Source: Candidatus Shapirobacteria bacterium
Lineage (GTDB): Bacteria; Patescibacteriota; Microgenomatia; UBA12405
Length of the DNA stretch: 64,000 bases
Direction of reading: 5' to 3'
NCBI GenBank assembly: GCA_041665485.1
Contig: JBAYIT010000002.1
Span: 69,867 to 133,866, forward strand
Below the pieces are notes generated by a model that saw only the letters and a program-made list of their open reading frames with translations, ran no database searches and was not told the DNA's origin. Both the position numbers and the translations under genes were made by a program. Below are positions 57,253-64,000 of this stretch, piece after piece; the stretch's first letter is position 1, and the number at the start of each line of letters is the position of its first letter.

Positions 57253-58297
57253 TAAGGTAATCTGCCTTACCGGCAATCACCATACTCCAGCCATAGAACT
57301 TATTCGCCAACTAAAACAGCAACCCCAAAAGTGGCAAATAAGCTATTTAACCCACAGCTATCAAACTGAGACTCACATCAAAAACACCATTATTCCTAAA
57401 CTCAATGTCAGCCTCCATCTAATTCAATGCAACAAATTCGACCGTCAAAAACCACTTCTGTCCATCTTTAAAACACCACTCTTAATCGTTGGCATTTTTC
57501 AATCTTTATTACTTCTTAAGTCGGAAAAACCAGATATTGTCGTTTCTTTTGGTGGTTATGTTTCTGTTCCGGTAATTATTGCTGCTTGGATTCTCAAAAT
57601 TCCCTCAATCACCCACGAACAAACACTCACTATCGGCCTGGCTACCAAAATAAATAGTTACTTCTGCCAAAAAGTTGCTCTGTCTTTTCCTGGTCCTGAC
57701 ATTAACAATAAAACTATCGTCACTGGCAATCTTCTTCGCCAACAAATCTTCGATACCAAATCAAAAAAATATCAAAGTCTTGAATCAAAAATTAAAAAAT
57801 CACCACTAATTTATATCACCGGAGGCAGTCAAGGATCCCAATTTATTAATGACTTAACCGTTAGTATTTTACCTCAACTTAGCCAATACACAATTATCCA
57901 TCAAACCGGGCCAAAACCAACTCAAACAAACAACAAATATCCCAATTATCACCAGACCGAATATATTGACCTCGAAGATATCGGCTGGGTTTTCCACCAA
58001 TCCTCTTTAATTGTCAGCCGAGCCGGGGCTAATATTTGTCAGGAAATTGCCACTCTCAACCATCAATCAATTATTATTCCTCATCCCAAAACTCAACAAG
58101 ACGAACAAATAAAAAACGCCCAGTGGCTTAAATCAAGATTACCGGAATTAACCACTATTATTCCTCAATCAAAAGCCAACTCTAGTTTAGTTACAAGGGC
58201 GATTTTTAAACACCTTAATTCCAAAATTAAAAACAACAAAACAATCGCGGGCCAAACAACCCATCCTCTAATCAATCTCATCAATGAAATGGTTTAA
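57242..58297 (+). CDS. murG: Lipid I GlcNAc transferase MurG
   Basis: KPDIVVSFGGYVSVP, HEQT..GLA, VTGN.LR, ITGGSQGS, HQTG, SRAGAN, EQ.KNA. Confidence 0.93.
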   Translation: MPNNKVICLTGNHHTPAIELIRQLKQQPQKWQISYLTHSYQTETHIKNTIIPKLNVSLHLIQCNKFDRQKPLLSIFKTPLLIVGIFQSLLLLKSEKPDIVVSFGGYVSVPVIIAAWILKIPSITHEQTLTIGLATKINSYFCQKVALSFPGPDINNKTIVTGNLLRQQIFDTKSKKYQSLESKIKKSPLIYITGGSQGSQFINDLTVSILPQLSQYTIIHQTGPKPTQTNNKYPNYHQTEYIDLEDIGWVFHQSSLIVSRAGANICQEIATLNHQSIIIPHPKTQQDEQIKNAQWLKSRLPELTTIIPQSKANSSLVTRAIFKHLNSKIKNNKTIAGQTTHPLINLINEMV

Positions 58298-58658
58298 AGT
58301 TCTTCTCATTATTTTTATTGTCGCCTCTTTCTTCTTCTTTAGATTGTCACTTCACTATCAAAATATCTCCCCAAATTCAAACAATCTTAGTCAGTATCTT
58401 AAATTCAAGTCCGCCCTGGAATCAAACGGTTTTATAATCCACACGATCGATATAAGCTCCCTAAATCAAGCTAAAGTATTAATTTCAAACACCAAGGAAA
58501 CCCCATCATTCACTGTTTACTTCAATCTTGATCATCCCATCGAGCAACAGCTTATGCTCTTACAAAAGGTAACTAAAATCGCTACAATTAAACTTAAATA
58601 CCCCTACCTTATAGATTTCGGCGGGGAAAAACCATATGCCACACTCAAAAATAATTAG
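58284..58658 (+). CDS. Small bitopic protein, probable minimal FtsQ/DivIB
   Basis: One TM segment and a C-terminal IDF....P (cf. FtsQ IDLR...P), positioned between murG and ftsA. Confidence 0.5.
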   Translation: MKWFKVLLIIFIVASFFFFRLSLHYQNISPNSNNLSQYLKFKSALESNGFIIHTIDISSLNQAKVLISNTKETPSFTVYFNLDHPIEQQLMLLQKVTKIATIKLKYPYLIDFGGEKPYATLKNN

Positions 58659-59883
58659 CGGATTGGATATCGGCACGTCCAAAATTACCGCCATTGTCAG
58701 CCAGTATTTTGAAGTAGAAAACAAACTGAATGTTGTTGCTGTCGCCTCAGTTCCCGCCACTGGCTTTCGTAAGGGTCAAATCGTCAATCTTGAAGAGGCC
58801 AGCAAAACCCTTAATCAGTGTATTGAATCTGCCGAAAGAATGGCCGGCTTTGAAATAAGTAACCTTCATATTTCCCTCGCCGCCAACTACATTGAATCCG
58901 TCAATTCTCAAGGAGTCGTCGCCATTAGTAATCCTAACGGAGAAATCGGCAAAGATGACATTGTCAGAGTTATTGAAGCTGCCAAGGCTATTTCTTTACC
59001 AACCGGCAAAGAAATTATTCACGTTATTCCCCGAAGGTATACCGTTGACGGTCAAGATGGCATCATTGATCCCGTTGGTATGAACGGTATCAGACTGGAG
59101 CTCGAAGCCCACATTATTCTTGCCTCAACTCCAGCTCTCAAAAATCTCCACAAATGCCTCGAAGAAATTGGTATTACTCCTATCAGCATTATTTACTCCG
59201 GCCTTACCACCACTAAAGCTGCCGCCACTGAAACCGAAAAAGAGCTTGGAGTTGCTATTGTCGATATCGGTGGATCAATTACCACCATCACTATTTACCA
59301 AGAAGGCTCCCCAACCTACTCGGCTGTTATCCCCGTTGGAGCCAACAATGTCACCAACGATTTGGCCATTGGCCTGAGATTATCAATTGACGAAGCTGAA
59401 AAAATTAAACTCCGCCTCGGTCGGATTATTGAAAATAAAAAATATCAAGACGAAATTGAACTATCTCAATTTGGCATAACCACCGATGAAAATCATAAAA
59501 TTTCTCTTCAAACCGCCGTTAGCGGAATTATCAAACCCCGGCTTGAAGAAGTCTTTTCTCTAGTTTGGAAACAAATTGAAGCCAGTGGTTTCTCTGAATC
59601 CATACCCGCCGGTGTCGTCCTAACTGGTGGAGGATCACTAACCACTCAAACCAGAGATATTTGTGGCAAAATTATTCCTCTACCTCTCCGTCTTGCTTCC
59701 CCCCCCAAAATTGGCGGAATAGTTGATGAAATATCCAACCCTGCTTTTACTAGTACTATCGGCTTGATTCTTTATGTTAAAGACAATCAGCAACCGCAAA
59801 CCACTAAAAACAAGAAAAGTAGGGTCAATATTGGTGGCATATTTGGTAGATTAAAAAACATTATTGAACCACTTCTTCCCTAA
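58636..59883 (+). CDS. ftsA: Cell division protein FtsA
   Basis: GLDIGTSKI, G.RKG.IVN, AERMAG, DP.GM.G.RLE, EKELGV.IVDIGG, VTNDLAIGL, GVVLTGGGS, C-terminal amphipathic helix. Confidence 0.97.
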   Translation: MPHSKIISGLDIGTSKITAIVSQYFEVENKLNVVAVASVPATGFRKGQIVNLEEASKTLNQCIESAERMAGFEISNLHISLAANYIESVNSQGVVAISNPNGEIGKDDIVRVIEAAKAISLPTGKEIIHVIPRRYTVDGQDGIIDPVGMNGIRLELEAHIILASTPALKNLHKCLEEIGITPISIIYSGLTTTKAAATETEKELGVAIVDIGGSITTITIYQEGSPTYSAVIPVGANNVTNDLAIGLRLSIDEAEKIKLRLGRIIENKKYQDEIELSQFGITTDENHKISLQTAVSGIIKPRLEEVFSLVWKQIEASGFSESIPAGVVLTGGGSLTTQTRDICGKIIPLPLRLASPPKIGGIVDEISNPAFTSTIGLILYVKDNQQPQTTKNKKSRVNIGGIFGRLKNIIEPLLP

Positions 59884-60995
59884 TGGCTCTCATAAAAACC
59901 CTTGCCGGTCAATTTGCCAAAATTAAAGTTCTCGGAGTTGGTGGCGGTGGCAATAATGCCATCAATTCCATGATTAGCCTCGACAATATCCAGGGGGTAG
60001 AGTTTATCGCCATTAACACTGATTCCCAGGCCCTCTTAAACTCTCAGGCACCAATCAAAATTCAAATTGGAGAAAAATTAACCAAGGGCCTTGGCGCTGG
60101 CAGTGACCCCCAAATCGGCGAACAAGCCGCCGAAGAATCGAAAGACAAAATCAGAGAAGTTTTGGAAAATGCTGATATGGTTTTCATCACCGGTGGCATG
60201 GGTGGGGGAACCTGCACCGGCGCCGCCCCCATAATTGCTAAAATCGCCAAAGAAGAATTGGGTATTTTAACCATCGGTGTTGTCACTAAACCTTTTCTTT
60301 TCGAAGGCACCCGCCGAATGACCAAAGCCGAAGAAGGTATTCGGGAACTCAAGCAACACCTAGACACCTTGGTAGTTATCCCTAATCAGAAAGTCATGGA
60401 GGTTGTTAATAGCCAAACTACCATGATTGATGCTTTTAAAATCGCCGATTCGGTTCTCAACAAGGGCACCAAGGCCATTGCCGACCTTATTACCACTCCC
60501 GGCCTAATTAATCTTGATTTTGCCGATATAAAGTCAATTATGAACAACGCCGGCACCGCTCTGATGGGAGTCGGAGAAGCTGAAGGCGACAACAAAGCCA
60601 GGGAAGCTGTTAGTGCTGCCATCGACTCACCCCTCGTTGATGTTGATATCCGAGGCGCTCGGGGCGTTCTTATCAATATCACCGGTGGACCAGATCTGAC
60701 TATGGCTGAAATTGAAGATGCTGCCCAAACCATTACTCATAGCACCTCGCCCGACGCCAATATTATTTTCGGAGCCACTATTGACCCCGAGCTTAAAGGT
60801 AAAATAAGAATTACTGTTATCGCCACCGGTTTTAGCACCGATAGGCCAAAATCTTATTCTCAAGCTCCAATCAAACTGATTGAAGAAAACCACCCATCTC
60901 CCCAAGTTCAACAACTAATGAACGACCAGGAAATACCTGAAGGGATTGATATTGTCGATGAATTTGACATCCCCGCCTTCTTAAGAAAAAAGTAG
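59883..60995 (+). CDS. ftsZ: Cell division protein FtsZ
   Basis: GVGGGGNNA, INTD.QAL, GLGAG, GMGGGTCTG tubulin motif, INLDFAD, C-terminal DIPAFLRK. Confidence 0.98.
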   Translation: MALIKTLAGQFAKIKVLGVGGGGNNAINSMISLDNIQGVEFIAINTDSQALLNSQAPIKIQIGEKLTKGLGAGSDPQIGEQAAEESKDKIREVLENADMVFITGGMGGGTCTGAAPIIAKIAKEELGILTIGVVTKPFLFEGTRRMTKAEEGIRELKQHLDTLVVIPNQKVMEVVNSQTTMIDAFKIADSVLNKGTKAIADLITTPGLINLDFADIKSIMNNAGTALMGVGEAEGDNKAREAVSAAIDSPLVDVDIRGARGVLINITGGPDLTMAEIEDAAQTITHSTSPDANIIFGATIDPELKGKIRITVIATGFSTDRPKSYSQAPIKLIEENHPSPQVQQLMNDQEIPEGIDIVDEFDIPAFLRKK

Positions 60996-61012
60996 TATAA
61001 TAAAAACCAACA

Positions 61013-61045
61013 ATGGCAAATAATACTATTTTAATTATTTCCTAG
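61013..61045 (+). CDS. Putative ileS leader peptide MANNTILIIS
   Basis: ATG GCA AAT AAT ACT ATT TTA ATT ATT TCC TAG has 3 Ile codons in the last 5 codons. It lies downstream of TATAAT (60996-61001). Confidence 0.65.
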   Translation: MANNTILIIS

Positions 61046-61082
61046 CTCCAGGAGCCGAATTACTTCGGCCACCCGGGGCATT

Positions 61083-61114
61083 AAAATCCTTCACTTCGAA
61101 GGATTTTTTGTTTT
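61083..61114 (+). terminator. Intrinsic terminator / attenuator upstream of ileS
   Basis: AAAATCCTTC-ACTTC-GAAGGATTTT hairpin followed by TTGTTTT. Confidence 0.8.
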
Positions 61115-61122
61115 AATAAACC

Positions 61123-63897
61123 ATGAACTATTTTTCTGAACTCAATCAAAACCCTGATTTAAACCAAATAGAGTTAGACACTCTTAAATGGTGGCAAGAA
61201 CACGATATTGTTAATCTTTATCTCCACAAAAACGATAATTCGCCGAAAACTTTTTCTTTTATTGATGGCCCCATCACTGCCAACGGGCCCATGGGCGTTC
61301 ATCATGCCCGTGGCCGAACACTTAAAGACGTTTTTCAACGCTATAAAAATTCCTGTGGCTTTGCTCAAAGATTTCAAAACGGTTTCGACTGTCAAGGATT
61401 ATGGGTTGAGGTTGAAGTTGAAAAAGAAGCCGGTTTCAATTCTAAAAAAGACATTCAAAATTTTGGCCTGGAAAATTTCACCAATGCTTGCCTTGCTAGA
61501 GTTAACAAGTTTTCTACCATTCAAACTGAACAGTCACAACGTCTGGGTATGTTTATGGATTGGCCCAATTCTTACTACACCAATTCTGTCGAAAATAATC
61601 TCTACATTTGGCATTTTCTAAAAAAAATAAACGATAAGGGCTGGCTTGTAAAGAAAAAATCAGCCACCACTTGGTGCCCTCGTTGCGAAACTGGTCTTTC
61701 CCAACACGAGCAAGCCGATGGTTATCAGGAAATTACCGACACTTCAGTCTATGTTATGTTTAAACTTCAAAGTCGCTCCGATGAATATATTCTAGCTTGG
61801 ACCACCACCCCCTGGACACTCTCTGCCAATGTTCTTTTGGCCATCAACACTCAACATCAATATGTTAAAGCTAAACATCAAGGCAAAATTCTTTATTTGG
61901 CCAAAATATCTGCTGAAAAGCTGGGGCTAACTGATTATGAAAAAATCGATGCGTCATCTCTTCTTAATATTCCTTATGATTCTCTTTACGATATCCCTGC
62001 CCAATCCGGTGTCAAACATTACATTACCAATTGGGACCTAGTTGATCCAATTGAAGGCACTGGTGTCGTCCATATTGCTCCCGGTTGTGGCCAAGAAGAC
62101 TATGAATTAGGTAAAAAACTAAATAGTGACATGATTGCCCCTCTCGACGAGACCGGCCATTTTACCCAAGGTTACGGAGAATTAACCGACAAATACGCCC
62201 ACCACGTCAACCAACAAGTTTTTGATTATCTCGAAGCAAAAAAAGCTCTATTCAAAACCGAACCGATTACCCATCGCTACCCCCACTGTTGGCGTTGTAA
62301 AACCAAATGTTTATTTCGTCTTGAGGACAACTGGTTTATGGACGCCGATGAAATCCGACCGCTTCTCAAATCCGCTGCCGACAAAGTTAATTGGCATCCC
62401 AAGTATGGTGGTCGTCGAATGCAAAACTGGCTTGACTCTATGGAGGATTGGATGATTAGCCGTAAGCGTTTTTACGGATTAGCCTTGCCTTTTTACCCCT
62501 GCTCCTGTGGCCACCTTACCGTTATTGGCAGTCTAGATGAATTAAAAGCCAAAGCTGTTAACCCCAAGCTTGTCGAGGAATTAAAATCAGTTCATCGCCC
62601 CTGGATTGATGCTATTGAGATAAAATGTTCTAAGTGTGGTAAAAATGTCACCAGAATCCCCGATGTTGGTGACGTTTGGCTTGATGCCGGCATCATCCCT
62701 TTCTCTACTCTCAAATATCTCTCTGATAAAAATTATTGGCAAAAGTGGTTCCCGGCTGACTTGGTTTTGGAAATGACCGAACAAATCCGCCTTTGGTTTT
62801 ACTCCATGCTCTTCATGAGTGTCACTCTTGAAGATGTTCCACCTTACAAACACGTTGTCACCTACGCCGAAGTTCGTGATGAAAAAGGCAATCGGATGAG
62901 TAAAACAAAAAAGAACGGTATTCCCTACGACGAAGCCATCCCTAAAATGGGCGCCGATGCCATGCGTTGGCTCTACTGTCAACAAAAAGCTTACACTTCA
63001 GTTAACTTTGGTTACGATATTGCCGATCAGGTTAAACGGGATTTTATCTTTATTCTTTGGAACTCTTATCGCTTCTTTACTCAACACGCCAATCTTGAAA
63101 ACTGGAGCCCAAAACAAACAACCAACCCCACCACTCATATTTTAGATCAGTGGATAGTTTCTCGTCTGAATTCCACTATCAATAAAGTCACCAAAGCGTT
63201 GGATAAATTTTCAACTCCACTTGCCACTGCCAGCATCGAAAGTTTTGTTTCCGATTTATCGACCTGGTATATTCGTCGCTCCCGCGATCGAGTCGATAAT
63301 TTCGATCTCCTTTATCAAATTTTTAATACCCTTACCGTTATTATTTCTCCTTTTGTTCCCTTTTTTGCCGAAACCATCTATCAAAACCTTAATCCCACCA
63401 AAAATAAATCTGTCCATCTCCAAAATTGGCCTAATGCACTAACCTCAACTATTAACTCCGAATTGGAAAAAGAGATGGAGGTGGTTCGTCAAATCTGTCA
63501 ACTTATTCATGGCCAAAGACAAGCCACCGCTATTAAAGTTCGTCAACCACTATCTTCAGCCACTGTCACCAGCAAATTTCAACTTCAACCCGAACTTATC
63601 AACATTATCTGTCAAGAAACCAACATCAAAACCGTCACTCTTATAAAAAATCAATCATCCTCAATCGAGGTCTCCCTTGACACGGTCATCACCCCCGCCC
63701 TCAAAGAAGAAGGTGATTTTCGCGATTTTGTTCGCCAAATTCAAGTTATTCGCAAAGAATCGGGGTTTTCTCCGGCTGATAAAATTTCTATCCTCGCCCC
63801 AACTTGGCCAAAAAGTTTTGAAGCTGAAATTCTTAAAAAAACCCAAGCTGTCTCCATTGTTCAAGACACCTCCCTCCAAATCAAAAAAATCAGCTAA
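61123..63897 (+). CDS. ileS: Isoleucine--tRNA ligase, type 2 (IleRS2)
   Basis: DGPITANG.MGVHH, GFDCQGL.VE, WCPRCETGLS.HE, AWTTTPWTL, GTGVVHIAPG.G.ED, YPHCWRC, DWMISR, RMSKT, WYIRRSR. Confidence 0.96.
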   Translation: MNYFSELNQNPDLNQIELDTLKWWQEHDIVNLYLHKNDNSPKTFSFIDGPITANGPMGVHHARGRTLKDVFQRYKNSCGFAQRFQNGFDCQGLWVEVEVEKEAGFNSKKDIQNFGLENFTNACLARVNKFSTIQTEQSQRLGMFMDWPNSYYTNSVENNLYIWHFLKKINDKGWLVKKKSATTWCPRCETGLSQHEQADGYQEITDTSVYVMFKLQSRSDEYILAWTTTPWTLSANVLLAINTQHQYVKAKHQGKILYLAKISAEKLGLTDYEKIDASSLLNIPYDSLYDIPAQSGVKHYITNWDLVDPIEGTGVVHIAPGCGQEDYELGKKLNSDMIAPLDETGHFTQGYGELTDKYAHHVNQQVFDYLEAKKALFKTEPITHRYPHCWRCKTKCLFRLEDNWFMDADEIRPLLKSAADKVNWHPKYGGRRMQNWLDSMEDWMISRKRFYGLALPFYPCSCGHLTVIGSLDELKAKAVNPKLVEELKSVHRPWIDAIEIKCSKCGKNVTRIPDVGDVWLDAGIIPFSTLKYLSDKNYWQKWFPADLVLEMTEQIRLWFYSMLFMSVTLEDVPPYKHVVTYAEVRDEKGNRMSKTKKNGIPYDEAIPKMGADAMRWLYCQQKAYTSVNFGYDIADQVKRDFIFILWNSYRFFTQHANLENWSPKQTTNPTTHILDQWIVSRLNSTINKVTKALDKFSTPLATASIESFVSDLSTWYIRRSRDRVDNFDLLYQIFNTLTVIISPFVPFFAETIYQNLNPTKNKSVHLQNWPNALTSTINSELEKEMEVVRQICQLIHGQRQATAIKVRQPLSSATVTSKFQLQPELINIICQETNIKTVTLIKNQSSSIEVSLDTVITPALKEEGDFRDFVRQIQVIRKESGFSPADKISILAPTWPKSFEAEILKKTQAVSIVQDTSLQIKKIS

Positions 63898-63905
63898 ACT
63901 AAACC

Positions 63906-64000
63906 ATGTGGCTTTCCATCCTCGTCCTCTTTGGTTTTAATTTATTAACGATTAGCTCCGTTTCACCTGAAAATCTCGCCAAACAAATCTTTGCCTGGGC
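63906..64000 (+). CDS. Membrane protein, 3'-partial (possibly SEDS/RodA N-terminus)
   Basis: MWLSILVLFGFNLLTISSVSPENLAKQIFAW runs off the window end and resembles the first TM segment and Q..W of SEDS proteins. Confidence 0.4.
   Translation, partial: MWLSILVLFGFNLLTISSVSPENLAKQIFAW

Noticed and set aside
60964-60969. TTGACA as the -35 element for the ileS leader promoter
   Set aside because: It is 26 nt from TATAAT, far from the 16-18 nt spacing, and lies in ftsZ coding sequence.
60996-61122. T-box in the ileS leader
   Set aside because: No UGGNACC antiterminator bulge is present. A leader peptide plus terminator fits better.
870-63940. Numerous short nested or antisense ORFs in the track (e.g. 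870..1271, 50045..50536, 52956..53405, 60062..60914)
   Set aside because: They lie fully inside well-supported genes and have no recognisable motifs. Such shadows are expected given the strong strand and codon bias.

Overview
AT-rich, gene-dense bacterial DNA in genetic code 11. It most likely comes from a Patescibacteria/CPR genome of Microgenomates type; this is inferred from gene content, compact proteins, scarce Shine-Dalgarno motifs and a MurG with a degenerate N-terminal Gly motif. About 1-44 kb is a very large surface-glycan locus: many GT2/GT4 glycosyltransferases, SAM methyltransferases, acyl/acetyltransferases, wzm/wzt, several GT-C-type polytopic membrane proteins, rmlCDAB, galE, an O-antigen-ligase-like protein and a priming sugar transferase. 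About 44-64 kb holds recO, glyS, a division/cell-wall (dcw) cluster and ileS. Highlights: (1) The dcw cluster lacks murC/murD/murF/ddl in this window. It instead carries an Mpl-like ligase, a MurE with an atypical DDTR motif, a Bpt/ATE-like aminoacyl-tRNA transferase, an NlpC/P60 enzyme, a 55-aa LysW-like carrier protein missing from the ORF track, a fold-II PLP enzyme and an ATP-grasp ligase. Together these are a candidate non-canonical peptidoglycan pathway. (2) About a dozen short 7/8-nt-period tandem arrays of different sequence lie at 26-40 kb, some in equivalent loops of paralogous glycosyltransferases. (3) A glycine T-box with an ultrashort stem I and an apparently translational output precedes glyS. 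(4) An Ile-rich leader peptide and attenuator precede an IleRS2 that has a GVHH motif. (5) Symmetric bidirectional -10 elements appear to drive leaderless divergent genes. No rRNA, tRNA, CRISPR array or transposase was recognised. All calls are by eye, without database searches.
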